This document shows positions 39,001 through 52,913 of a DNA stretch of 64,000 bases, piece by piece. Source of the stretch: Leucoraja ocellata. Its lineage: Eukaryota. A program made the translations under genes and the position numbers. The stretch spans positions 930,001-994,000 of the forward strand of contig JAWMAR010000578.1 in assembly GCA_036785375.1 (NCBI GenBank), given 5' to 3'. Every line of letters starts with the position of its first letter. Within the stretch, counting starts at the first letter, position 1. A model generated the notes under the pieces. That model saw only the letters and a program-made list of their open reading frames with translations. It made no database searches and had not been told where the DNA came from.

Positions 39001-42000
39001 CGTCTCGAGTTGATCATTTCTGTTATAATATAGAAATATTTACTGTTTCTCTTTCTCCACAGATTGTCCTCGACGCCTAGAATTCACAATATTTCGTGAT
39101 TAATTTCAGATTACAAAGTATCTGCAATCTAGCATTATCCAGTAATTATCTTACCACAACTTTGTTTCCAAGTGATCGCAGCGGTAGAGTTGCTGCCTAA
39201 CAGCACTTGCAGCGCCGGGGACCCGGGTTCGATCCCGACTACGGGGACTGTCTGTACGGAGTTTGTACGTTCTCCCCGTGACCTCGTGGGCTTTCTTTCT
39301 CCGGTTTCTTCCCACACTCCAAAGACGTGCAGGCATGTAGGTAAATGGCTTGGTAAATGTAAAACATGTCCCGAGCGTGGGTAGGATAGTGTTAATATGC
39401 GGTGATCGCTTATCGGCGCGGACCCAATGGGCCGAAGGGCCAGTTTTCGCGCTGCATCTCTAAACTAAATTAAACAAAACTGGAATTTAGATGTAGACTG
39501 AAGATGTAAATGCACTAAATGCATATCTCCGACGGTCATCAATTGCGACATATTGCCAGTCAATCTGCATTCTCCTTATCCATTCGAGCGGCCCCTAAAG
39601 TCTATGAACTTTATAGTTAATGCCAGCAAGTTGCCTCTAATTACAGGCGATATCTTCTTATTATCAATAGAATCATCACAACTTGTCAAATGTTGTATGG
39701 AATACGAACTAAGCGCACCCACATAGGTCAAGTGCACAGGGGTAGTCTGACCAGTAACCCTCACGGATATATTTCAGCTTCTCTATGCCGGAGAGGCACC
39801 ACACGTCTCTGCTCTTCTGAGCAAAAGTGACAACGCGTCAACCATATTAAATACCCGGGACTCCAAGCAGGCAAGAATGATGAAACAGGTATATGGACGG
39901 AAATGAATGGAGGGTTATGTTCTGAGTGCAGGTAGATGGGACTAGGTGAGAGTAAGTGTTCGGCACGGATTAGAAGGGCCGAGATGGCCTATTTCCGTGC
40001 TGTACTTGTTATATAGTTATATTATATGGTTATATTTAAAAATCAGCCATTTAATTGTCATGATGAAGTTTACCACGTATTTATTTTTTTCCCAGAACGA
40101 ACACGAAATAATTAAGGAAAGAACAATAAAGGAAAGAAGGGTTTCAACCCGAAACGTCACCCATTCCTTCTCTCCAGTGATGCTGCCTGTCCCACTGTGT
40201 TACTCCAGCATTTTGTGTCTACCTGCGAAATAATGAAGATTACAGTACAATCTTAGAAATGTTTCATTGACGGAAGCGGACTTTTAAGCAATGGTCTTAA
40301 ATTAAACTTCTTGTTCTACACTTTAGTTTCTAAGATGATAACGCGAGCCGCCCGTGACTTGTTTGTTTCAGATAGGCACAGCATTCGACCGCAAGCCTTT
40401 CCATGACGTCGCCAGCAGACTCACGAGAACAGTTCTATTTTCATGCTGTGTGTTATTTCTATTTTGTCAAGCTAGAAATGCAGTGGTCAGTTAGTTAGTC
40501 AGTAGATGATTAGTTAGTCAGTAGACGATGGAAAAAACTTAGTTTCGATGCATCTTTTTTTTAGAAACGTTGCAGAAGCTCGCATGGACACATTCGTGTT
40601 TGCTAATTACAAGCAGAAGTCCAAAAGATATCTGATTCGGAAGGGCATACGCTTCGTCCTAATGAAACAAATAAGAGGCATCTAAAAAAGAGCAGAGCAA
40701 GGACGGCGTATACGCATATACATAATTTAATTTAAATATGCAGATTTATAATTCGCAGATGAAGTAGTGAGAATCGAACTCAGGTCTCCGAAAGCAAATA
40801 GATTATAAAACATACAACAGTTAAACACTGCAATGGGTCTCTCGGCCTAGTATGTCTACGCGGAACATGATGCGAAGATAAACTAATCTCCTCTATCTGC
40901 ATATGATCCACATCCCACCATGCCTGCAATATTTCTGAAGAAGGGTCTCGACGCGAAACGTCACCCATTCCATCTCTCCAGAGATGCTGCCTGTCCCGCT
41001 GTTCTCAAGCTTTTTGTGTCTATCTTCGGTTTAAACCAGCATTTGCAGTTCCTTTGTACATATTTATATGCCTATCGAAAAGACTCTTTAAAAACTGCTG
41101 TCTTCTCTTCTTCCAGCATCCCTGGTAATGCGTTCTAGGCACTTTCTGCGTGAAAAGCTGGCCCAGCATAACTCTACACCTTAGATGTTAAAGCAATACC
41201 TTCCTATCTTTCATAGGTTCCGATGAAAACACTATCCGTGCTTCTCGTAATTTCCAATTCTTCAGCTAGGTGGTCAGTCTCAGAAGAAAACACGCCAAGA
41301 GCGTTTTATTGTCATATGTCCCAGATAGAACAACGACATTCTTTATTCCAGCAGCACAACAGAATATGTAAAGATAGTACACTGTGAGCAATACAATAAA
41401 CGGGAAAATAGTCCAGTGTGTGTATATAAAACATACATTTACACACACACATATATCTATATTATTAAAAGTCTGATCTTGACCACTTCCGGTTGTTCTA
41501 TATATTGATTTTTAGAAAAAACGCTGCCACTGATGGCTGTGATTTTTGGCCATCTTACTTAGAGTCCCCTTCCGCTGTGCAGGATAAGAGGATTTTCCCC
41601 ATGATTAAAAATAAAAGAGTTATTAGTGTTTTTAAAATGTTGAGATTCTCTCTCCTGAAGGGACTATAAAACCCGGAAGTGTTGAGTGCCTCAGTCAGTC
41701 TCTGCAAGATGGGGGCGCGAGAGGGTAATGTCTCTCAATCTGAGCTGTAAATAACACTGAACACATGTCTACTAAACTGTGAGTGGTTTTACTGACCTGT
41801 CAGTGCCCTTAATGTGGTTTGAAAATATAGCTTGGAAAAGCTAAATCTGTGCTGCCTTTGGTTTGGAAATGCTAAAGCTGTGTTGCCTAATTAAAGTTGC
41901 CTTGCCTAATTAAAGTTGCATAATTAAAGTTGCCTTGCCTAATTAAAGTTGCATAATTAAAGTTGCCTTGTCTAATTAAAGCTGCCTTGCCTAATTAAAG

Positions 42001-45000
42001 TTGCCTTGCCTAATTAAAGTTGCCTTGCCCAATTAAAGTTGCTTTGCCTTCAATATAATACATGTCTAATCTTGACCACTTCCCGTTTACGCTTTGTATT
42101 GATTTTAGAAACAACGCTACCATGTACGGCTGTGATCTTTGGACATCTTACTCAGAGTACCCCTCCACGCATCAGGTGCCAAGGATTTTTCCCATCGATG
42201 AAAAATAAAAGAGTTATTATTAGTGTTTTAAAAAATGTTCATATTCTCTCTCCTGTTAATTACGCCATGAAGGCCCCGCCCCTTCTGGTGGGAGGGGGTG
42301 GGAGGGACTATAAAACCCAGAAGTGTGGGCGTGGCTCAGTCTCTGCAAGATGTACGAGAGGTGACGACTGCTGTCTTTAGTGGCCTTGCACCCTGCTTGA
42401 AATGGTATGAAACTGCACTTGAATTTGATGGCCTTGCACCCTGCTTGAAATGGAATTTCAAGGAATAGCAGTGAGTCAACTGCCAGCCCACCAGCCGTGA
42501 GTGAGTGAGCTGCCAGCACAACAGGCATGTGTGACTGAGCCGCCAGCCCAAGAATCCATTCGGTCCACTGTGTCCATACTAGCCCTCTGGAAACCAGTCC
42601 CTTCAGACCACAACACCATACTAGCGCTCCAGAAAGCCCCCCCCCCCCCCCCCACTGGCCACCAATATTGGTATTGGTTGAGAGGTGGGTTACTTGAAGT
42701 TGGAGGTCAATATTCATACCACTGTAGGGGAAGCTTACCAAGCGAAATAGTCGGTGCTCTTCCTCCAATTTGCACTGAGCCCCACTCTGATGGGGATGTT
42801 AAAGTGTTTAGTAATGGGAGATCTGGTAGGTTATGCGGAGGTTTATGCTTCGCTACTAAACTGTGGGAAATCGATTTCCTGTGGTCATTAGGAATAGTAC
42901 TTAGCGAAGAGACTTTGCAGATAATTGTCCTGGTCAATCTTGTGGATACTTGATTTTGAAATAAATTATCCAGATTTGCAGGTATGTGGCCCGCTGCTTG
43001 AGTCGGTGGCACGAGTTCATGGAAATTCAGGTGTCAGGGGTTATGGGGAGAAGACAGGAGAGTGGAGATAGGAGGGAGAGATAGATCACCCATGGTTGAA
43101 TGGCAGAGTAGACTTGATGGGACGAATGGCCTAATTCTATTCCTATCACTTATGACCTTATGACAAGTTAAACTCATTCACAAGAGTTAATGTTATTAAA
43201 CTATTCACAAGAGCAGTAGATTATAATTTCAGATAAGGGGAAATCGCGCTTTTGAGAAGCGAGAAGGGATAGGCAAACACAAATAAATTGCCACATTATC
43301 CCAAGAGCAAGAGTATACATATGGCCTGTGGCACACTCTGGCATTCACATTATTTCACTATGTCATAGGTGCATCAGTGGGAATAATCATAAACAGTTTG
43401 CAATTTGTGCACAGTCTTGATATTTATTAAGTTGCATCACCATCCAGTGTGGACGATTTAATTCACACCTTTAGTTGAATACAGCACAATGGATTTAATG
43501 TAAACAGAAATCTACCTATTTAAGTGACCAAGTGACATACATTTCTGAAGGTCAGTCTGAAGACGGGATCCAATCCGCAAGGTCGTCTCTCCATTTCCCT
43601 CAACAGACATTGCCTGCCTGCTGATTTCTTGCAGTTCAAGATTCCAGCACCTTCAGTCTCTTGTGACACCATATATTTTTTCGTAATTAATTATCAGGAT
43701 CTGTTGAAAATCATAATTCATCCAAGACGAATCAATCGTATTTGATTAAATGACATTAGTTTTCCATCTATTTATCTGATTGAGTTCATAATGGGACGTA
43801 CAGGATGAATACAGTGACAAGTGGGCGCACTGTTTCAGCATCCAGAACACAGTCCGCAGGGAGCTGCATGGACGGTTACTACACATTAAGATATTTGAGA
43901 CTGTCATTGCTGGGATCATGAGAAAAACAGCAAAGCGCTGGAGGAACTCAGCAGGCGATGCAGCATCTGTGGAGGGAATGGGCAGACGACGTGTCAGGTT
44001 AGAACCCTTCTTCAGAATAGTGTGGATTAAGCTGGAAGATAGCTGGGGTGGGCCAAAACCGATCCAGTGATAGGTGGATGCAGTTGATGGGTGAAATTGT
44101 CATGTCGAGAAGGCGGCGGTTGTATATGTAAGAAGGGAAGGGTGTGTGTGTATGCGCGCGTGTGTGTGCTCAGTCCGCCAAGGTCTGCTGGTGCTTCCAG
44201 TCACTACATGCTGATGCACGTACTGATTTGCTTTGCTTTTTACGTGGAACACATGAAGTTACCAACAGTAATGTCTGGGCAAATGGAACCATCCGTGCAG
44301 AACTGGCACCTGACAGAACTTACATCTTCTGTTCCACTGTAGGTGGCTATGCCACTGACCTCACTGAGGCGCTTTGCTCCGCCAGGCTATCATCACATGA
44401 CTGACTAATACCATTTCATTACAAGTGTATTCAATGGTAGTGCACTTGATTGGTTGATGGGTTTCTTCGGATTTCCTTCTCTGGTTTGTGTTGACGTTAG
44501 TGTATTTCGAAACAAATGAGAGGACAAAGGCTCAGGTGCATTGAAAAAGCATGGAATTTAATGAAGGGAAAATATATTGGTTGCACAACTGAATAATCGG
44601 CGGATTTTTTTTTAAATCAGACATCATTAAGTGACATGTTATCACGAACGGACGTGGCCATAGTTTCTTCACAAAGCACCAGCGAAATTATTCACATTTG
44701 AGAACAGAAGTAAAATAAACAAACACGATTTTTAAAATACACCAAATGCAAACTGGCACTTTCATCCCTGCTTTCAGAAAGTGTTGGATGCTTGTTAGAT
44801 GATGGTCATTTACACCAAAGCATTGACTCAATGCAGGTGAAAACGACCTGCAGCTCCAACGATTGTTACCATGGGAGTTCATTAGCTTGGCTGCAATGAT
44901 CAGAAAGTAGCAATATTTCCGCCTGCAATTATTCACAGTCTACAGCTTCGATTCCCAGCTTCACTCCTTCTTTAAAACATTTCCATCTGCATAAGGTACA

Positions 45001-46299
45001 TGTTCCTCTTTCTGGTTAAATGTTACTGCTGATTGGAGTTGAGTAACTGCAAATCGACATGATATAACGTAGAATCTATCATCTTTAGTCTGTGAAAGTA
45101 ATTTATATCGGCCATTAGTCAATTACCCTCTGGTGGCACAAAGAATACGATTTTGTAACAAAATACTACCAGTCTCAAAGAGAATGTATATACATTTCAG
45201 GATTCATACTAATCCATGAGACTGCACCAACGTGCAAACAAATATGGAATTGTTATCCGTCACCTTTAATGATACACGGGCACGGGAATAAAAGTGCTTT
45301 ACTGCAAGTTGGGGAACTGCTTCTAATGAGTTGAGAAAACAGTAGTTTATTCTAAAACTGTATTGCGCGCTACTGCTGGGGTGGATTATGGTGTGTTTTA
45401 GTGTTGTTTAGTTGAGTTAGCGATCTTCCAGTGATCTGCCGGTAGCAAAATGTTATCAGATTTTTTTTTGCCATTCTTCATTAATTTTCTTTCCCTGATT
45501 TCACTTAGTGTTGATCTTCGGTGCTTCTAATCATTACTGGCCCACAGAACAACATTAGCTTTCTTCGTTATTGCCGATCATTTGTATGAACGTAAATGGA
45601 ATCTGCTTTAGGGGGCAGACGAACAGTAAACTTAAAGTAGCAAACATTTAATATTTCGTATTAAAAATGCTGATAATGCAAAGTGCAATTTTGAGATTCG
45701 CTGATAGACAGTTTAACCTATATTCCCATGGGGTAGATTCTACGTTGAACCTGCCTGCACAATTGTCAGGAAATCAATGGTCGCTCGGAAATAGAGTTGT
45801 TCATAGTGTCCTTGGGCTGAAATCATCCAACATTGCGTACTCTTCTTATCGAGACCACACACAAGATGTTCATCCAGAGTTGAACACACGTCTCGGCATC
45901 TGCATACAATGGTGTCTGTTCTTGTTCTTCTAGTGCGTGGTGGTGGAAAGATTGGTGGAAACAGGGCCGCGACGTGAACGCTCCTTCCTTGACCCCATTG
46001 CATACTTGGTAGATTGAAAGTGTTATCACTGCACTCTGCTTAATATCCGTCGGCTTCGGCACCACTACCGAATTTCGGTGAATTCAGTAACCGATGGAGA
46101 CAACAAAAATATACGACGATTGAAACATTGACATGGGAAGATGTAAGATTTATATCTTGAGATTTATTTTTGTCATTGTTAATGGTCAGTTTTATTCTCA
46201 ATTGTTTTATTGTTTTGCAATCGAATAGCATTTACTGCCCTTGTTTTTTTTAACCACCATTATGATTAAGACCGAGAATACCGTAAGATGTGTTCTCAC

Positions 46300-46392
46300 C
46301 ATTTTGTGCCTTTAATTGGAGCCTTATCAAGATAATGGCCAAAATTAAAACTGCCAAGACACCCACTGCGCATCCGATAATTAGGTTTTTAT
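46300..46392 (-). pseudogene. Orphan TM exon (type c copy: DKNLIIGCAVGVLAVLILAIILIRLQLKAQN) lacking its own V/C1
   Basis: Paralog of 31847-31939. Homology to gene C stops at about 46455, where the sequence switches to CR1 / block X'. Confidence 0.65.
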
Positions 46393-46454
46393 CTGCATCT
46401 TATGGATCAAGAGAGAAACAGGGGAAATGTGAACGACATAATATATAGAAATAT

Positions 46455-48685
46455 AGTGAGTTTGTGGCGTGCCTCCGAGATGGATTCTTAGAGCAGCTTG
46501 TACTGGAACCTACCAGGGAGAAGGCAATTTTGGATTTAGTGTTGTGTAATAAACCGCATTTGATAAAGGGAACTCGATGTCAAGGAGCCATTAGGAGGTG
46601 GTGACCATAATCTGATAAATTTTAATCTACAATTTGAGAGGGTGAAGGATAAATCGGAGGTGTCAGTATTACAGTTGAACAAAGGGGATTATGAAGCGAT
46701 GAGGGAAGAGCTGGCCAAAGTTGACTGGAAAGATACCCTAGCAGGGATGGCAATGGATTCAACAATGGCAGGTATTTCTTGGAATAATACTGAAGGTGCA
46801 GGATCAGTTCATTCCAAAGAGCAAGAAAGATTCCAAGGGGAGTAAGGGGCGACCGTGGCTGACAAGGGAAGTCAGGGACAATATAAAAATAAAAGAGAAG
46901 ACATAAAATAGCATAGATGAACAGGAAGCCAGAAGATTGGGAAACGTTTAATGAGCAACAGAAGATAACTAAAAAGGCAATACGGGGAGAAAAGATGAGG
47001 TACGAAGGTAAGATGGCCCAGAATATAAAGGAGGATATTAAAAGGTTATTTAGGTATGTGAAGAGGAAAAAAAAAAGTTAGGATCAAAGTTGGACCATTG
47101 AAGACTGAGAAAGGTGAATTTATTATGGGGAACAAGGAAATTGCAGACGAGTTGAACAGGTACTTTGGATCCATCTTCACTAAGGAGGACACAAACAATC
47201 TCCCTGATGTACCAGTGGCCATAAGATCTAGGGTGACGGAGGAACTGAAGGAAATGCACATTAGGCAGGAAATGGTGTTGGGTAGACTGATGGGACTTAA
47301 GATTGATAAATCCCCAGGGCCCGATGACCTGCATCCCAGGGTACTTAAGGAGGTGGCTCTGGAAATCATGGACGCATTGGTGATTATTTTCCAATGTTCT
47401 GTAGATTCAGGATCAGTTCCTGTGGATTGGAGGGTAGCTAATGTTATCCCACTGTTTAAGAAAGGCGGGAGGGAGAAAACAGGGATTTATAGACCAGTTA
47501 GTCTGACATCGGTGGTGGGGAAGATGCTGGAATTAATTATAAAATATGAAATAGCCACACATTTGGATAACAGTAGCAGGATCAGTCAGAGTCAGCATGG
47601 TTTTACGAAGGGGAAATCATGCTAGACTAATCTTCTGGAATTTTTTGAGGATTTAACTGGGAAAATAGACAAGGGAGAGCCAGTGGATGTAGTGTACCTG
47701 GACTTTCAGAAAGCATTTGATAAGGCCCCACATAGGAGCTTAGTGGGCAAAATTAGGGCACATGGTATTGGTGGTAGAGTGCTGATGGATAGAAAATTGG
47801 TTAGCAGACAGGAAAAGAGTAGGGATTAACGGGTCCCTTACAGAATGGTAGGCAGTGACTAGTGGGGTACCGCAAGGCTCGGTGCTGGGACTGCAGCTAT
47901 TTACAATATACGATAATGATTTTGATGAAGGGATGAAAAATAACATTAGCAAATTTGCGAATGACACAAAGCTGGGTGGCAGTGTGACCTGTGAGGAGGA
48001 TGCTATGAGGATGCAGCATGACTTGGACAGGTTGGGTGAGTGGGCAGATGCATGGCAGATGCCGTTTTATGTGGATAAATGTGAGGTTATCCACTTTGGT
48101 GGCAAAACAGGAAGGCAGGTTATTATCTATATGGTGTCAAGTTGGGAAAAAGGGAAGTACAACAGGATCTGGGGGGTCCTTGTTCATCACTCACTGAAAG
48201 TAAGCATGTAGGTACAGTAGGCAGTGAAGAAAGCAAATGGCCTTCATAACAAGAGGAATTGAGTACAGGAGCAAAGAGGTCTTTCTGCTGTTGTACAGGG
48301 CACTAGTGAGACCACACCTGGAATATTTATTGCAGTTTTGGTCTCCAAATCTGAGGAAGGGCATTCTTGCTATTGAGGGAGTGCAGCGTAGGTTCACCAG
48401 GTTAATTCCCGGGATGGTGGGATTATCATATGTTGATAGAATGGAGCCGCTGGGCTTGTATACTCTGGCATTTAGGATGGGAGTGCGTTTTATTGAAACA
48501 TATAAGATTGGACAAGCTAGAGGCAGGAAACATGTTCCCGATTTTGAGGGAGTCCAGAACCAGGGGTCACAGTTTAAGAATAAGGGGTAAGCCATTTAGA
48601 ACGGAGATGAAGAATACCTTTTTCATACAGAGAGTTGTGAGTCTGTGGAATTCTCTGCCTCAGAAGGTGGTGGAGGCCGGTTCTC
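46455..48685 (+). mobile_element. CR1 LINE, duplicate of 4519-9685 without the Rex1 insertion
   Basis: Near-identical sequence sharing the same disabling mutations. Confidence 0.9.
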
Positions 48686-48749
48686 TATAAACCAGAGATA
48701 GACACAGAATGCTGGAGTAACTCAGAGGGACAGGTAGAGAGAAGGAATG

Positions 48750-48782
48750 AGTAACGTTTCAGGTCTAGACCTTCTTCAGACT
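48750..48782 (-). ncRNA. Minimal type I hammerhead ribozyme motif (duplicate copy)
   Basis: AGU-CUGAAGA-AGGU(CUAG)ACCU-GAAA-CGUU-ACU. Confidence 0.55.
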
Positions 48783-49239
48783 GACGTCAGGGGGGAGGGA
48801 TATAGATAGATAAGGAAGTTTGAAGTTGTGAAAACAGGGCAAAGGGAATGGAGATCAAGGGCAATGTAGAATAGATCATTGTTAGCCGAGAGAAGGTAAC
48901 AACAAAGCAAACAAAGATAAAATGTAGTTGGAGACAGGAAGACTGGTCGAAGAACTGGGAAGGGGGAGGGATGGATAGAGAGGGAAAGCAATGGTTAGTT
49001 GAAGTTAGAGAAGTCAATGTTCATACCGCTTAGACAGAACATGCCACTCAGTGGCATGAACACTGATCTTTCCACTTACATGTAACCCACTGGCCCTGTG
49101 TGTCTTTCTCACTCGTACAAGTCCACCCAGCGTATCTCTCCCATTTTCACATTTTCTATCCCCCCTCGTGTTACTTGACTCATCACCCCGCTCCACCGTT
49201 CCATGTCCACTCCCCAATGTATGTGCTTCTTCTCCATTA

Positions 49240-49432
49240 TTATTAACCAGTATTAAAACACATTTATATTCCTTGGCTTTTGACCCTGCTTGAGACTTTG
49301 CTCCTGTTTTAGTGCTTTTAATGGTTTTAATTTTATTGTTTGTACTCTCTTTTAATGTTTTTATTGTCGTGTAATAATTGTTTGTCCATGATTAGTCATG
49401 TACAGCACTTTGTTGCAACAGTGGTTGTTTTT
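49240..49432 (+). mobile_element. L2-like 3' tail insertion, present in X' only and followed by gap 49433-49602
   Basis: Resembles the 3' UTR of the L2 at 52290; absent at the paralogous site near 10250. Confidence 0.55.
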
Positions 49433-52289
49433 NNNNNNNNNNNNNNNNNNNNNNNNNNNNNNNNNNNNNNNNNNNNNNNNNNNNNNNNNNNNNNNNNNNN
49501 NNNNNNNNNNNNNNNNNNNNNNNNNNNNNNNNNNNNNNNNNNNNNNNNNNNNNNNNNNNNNNNNNNNNNNNNNNNNNNNNNNNNNNNNNNNNNNNNNNNN
49601 NNCTATAAACCTAATGAATTGGTCAAGTGGTAGTGGTGGAAGATTGCAACCTTCACGTGGTCCGCCCTGTTTCAATGAATGCGTGCAAAATCAAATAAGA
49701 TTAAATAGACCAAGTTGTCCTACAACTTTAGGCTGTGCACGTCATACGCAAGAAGAAGAAGACCAAGTGGTTTTGCTCAACTATTGTCATTGTGAAGAAA
49801 AAATGTATAATAAATTATAGTGTAGAATGAAATTAGATCAAGTGAATTGTTTAAGAAGGAACTGCAGATGCTGGAAAATCGAAGGTGGACAAAAATGCTG
49901 GAGAAACTCAGCGGGTGCAGCAGCATCTATGGAGCGAGGGAAATAGGCAACGTTTCGGGCGGAAACCCTTCTTCAAATTGAGCCTGGCAGATGACATACA
50001 GATAGGGGCAGTACGATGAGTACTATGCAATCATCCGCTTCGGGAATGTGGGAGTGCTGAAATGTTGGTAGCAACTAACATATGGATATTGGATTTGCGG
50101 CCTAGGTGGAAGAAGCGCCGACGAGAGTTCTGCAACATCCTCTCTCGCTGGCGAAATTTACTCATGATGTTGGGGATAGGTGATAAACGTCTGCAATATT
50201 CTGTGAAGCCACCAGGAGGAGCCCACTCCTCCAGCAGAGGTAGGAGGTTATGAAATCGCAATTATTTTTCTGATGATGGATCCACAGAGTGAGAGGTAAT
50301 TTTGGAAATAAGATTGGGCCATTCAACATTCAACAGGAAGCAATTTTTCATCCAGAAAGTTGGAGAGTATGAATCTCTCACACCGAAGCAATCCGCGAAT
50401 ACTCAGACAAATGGAATTAGTGCTTCATTCCAATCCTTGCTGAAATTGTATTTTTGGCTGCAGGACCTCGTATTCCCTTTCGTATTCGACATTAACTGAA
50501 CCGTGATTCGACTTTAACTGAAATGTACATGAATGCACTCTGTAACTAGACTGAGAGGATTGAAAATTCTGCTTGTTATTTCTGGTCCACAGAACCAGGA
50601 CACAGAAGACAACTTTTACGGCCTTATTGTCAAATTTCTAATATCACAATGTGCATTTTCTGGTTAATATTATGAGCATTATACCATACCAGACAACAAA
50701 AGTAAAGATCCATCACATGACAGAGAGTGACAATGTGATTCGATTAAACAAACAGATACACAAAATCCACTATAAATAAAGAGAATGCTCTGTTTTCACG
50801 GATGTTGTGGGTTTACTAAGTACTTCCAGTATTCTCCTTTATAATGAATTTGATTCAATTTTGCATGGAAGGGTGAGAAATCGAGCTTGGTCTCCTCCCT
50901 TTCACCAGGTGAAAACTTTCGACCTGAGATACATTGCGGTCTAAAATTGAAAAGCAATCGTTTGCGCAGATGAATCGAGAAAATCCGGGATAACTCTTCA
51001 TGCTAGGAACTCGGTAACGAGGTTCTCATGTGTATAACTATCTCCCCACTTGCACTGTAATTGCCTGAAAGGTAATTCTTATGTTTCAGTTGTGCATCCC
51101 TCGTAGGATAAACGAGTTCGGTATCTTGATAAACGTAAGGAATTATGGGATTTGTCAAAGGTCATTCGGGATAATAAAAGCAAACACAGCACTGTATAAA
51201 CTGTGTATAAATCATTTACTATTCTACCAAGGAATTAATGTAGAATTCTGTCAACTCATTTTCTTCCTTTCTTGTTCTGTTGTTACACAGTCCCAGTTCT
51301 AGTTCAGTTCATTAATCTGCAATTGTGAGATATTCAAAAATGATTTATTATTTTCATTGAATCCTTAATATGTACTGAAATAAGAAAATATTACGTTGGA
51401 AACATTGTCTTATTCATAATTTATGTGTAAACATATATATAACCTGAGGCAGGCAGCGACTGTATCGGTGTGATGTGGGCTGATGCTTTACCTACAGGCG
51501 GTGTGAATGTACCATTCAGGCAAAGATTAATCTCAGAGGAAAAATTAGTAAAGTGTTGGCCCTGTGAAGAAGCTTCCAATCCAATATAAGACATTTAACT
51601 GCGAAATGCCCACCTTTTAGTATTGGATAGATTGAGTGGAGTGTCTGTGCTGTTCCAAGTTTGCGGTGGTTGCAGTACATTTCCCCCAGCCATCTCGCAC
51701 AGTGCACATTGACCAGCACAGTTTGCCTGCCCTTGTTAGCAGAGGCTCTTTCTGCAGGTGTTACCTGAAGCCCAAAGGTTTTGTGGAGGCTCTACATTAG
51801 GATTGGGCTTGCGGCGAGCTAGTGAGAGGGCTGTCAGATCAGATCAGCCCAGGTTGCCGAATGGCTGAAGGGTGGATTTTAATGGGTCGTTATTAAACTG
51901 TTACATCTGTGCGGCATCACCAGCTCTCTCTCTCCCAGATCCCCCACCCCAACTGTCGACAAAGTCTGACTGAGAAAATGCTCCCACTCATATTACGGGT
52001 TGGCTCTGCGTTTGCCCACTTGATAGGGTGGGCGATAGAGAGCAAGAAAAGGGCCCATCAGCTGGGGAGGTGCGACCTACTCCTGAGTGAAGACTCTAGT
52101 TTTGCTGCATTCAAATGGCTGTAAATTCTCATAATTATCACCGCCTGGTCAACCGGACCAGGCTCCCAACTTTGTGCTGACAGACTGGAACCAATAGCAG
52201 AGGTTAAAGCGACAGCATCTTTATTTAAGCCAATCCACCTCGAAAGTTTAACCAGCCTGTTGGAATCCAATCTGAACTTTCTAACCTAT

Positions 52290-52913
52290 GCCTTTATTAC
52301 ATCTAGGCTGGATTACTGTAACGCGCTCCATTTTGGAGTTGCTCGTTCTTCACTGGCTCGTCTCCAGTTGGTTCAGAATGCTGTTGCTCGCCTTTTAACA
52401 GGGACTCGAAAGAGGGAGCACATATCGCCAATTCTGGCCTCCCTCCACTGGCTCCCGGTGCACTTTCGAGTTCATTTTAAGATACTGTTATTTGTTTTTA
52501 AATCTCTGAATGGGCTCGCCCCGCCTTACCTCTCTGAGCTGCTCCACCCATACGCTCCTGCCCGGTCCCTCAGGTCAGCTGGTCAGCTGCTCCTGGAGGT
52601 ACCGAGGTCTAGTCGGAGGCTCAGAGGGGATAGAGCCTTCTCTGTTGCTGCTCCGGCACTCTGGAACACCCTGCCGTTGCACATCAGACAGGCCCCCTCA
52701 CTGTCCATCTTCAAATCCAGTGTTAAAACACATTTGTACTCCCTGGCTTTAGACCATGCCTGAGACTTTACTTCTGTTTTTGGTGTTTTTGATGTTTCTT
52801 TATTTTACATGTCTTTTCCTACTATTTCTTTTGATTGTTATTTTTGGTGTGTATTAACTTTTTTGTCAATGATTAGTGATGTGCAGCACTTTGTTGCAAC
52901 TATGTTTTTTTTT
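52290..52913 (+). mobile_element. L2-clade LINE 3' fragment, present in X' only and followed by gap 52914-53043
   Basis: AFITSRLDYCN...LQLVQNAVARLLT...HISPILASLHWLPV; absent at the paralogous site near 12965. Confidence 0.85.
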
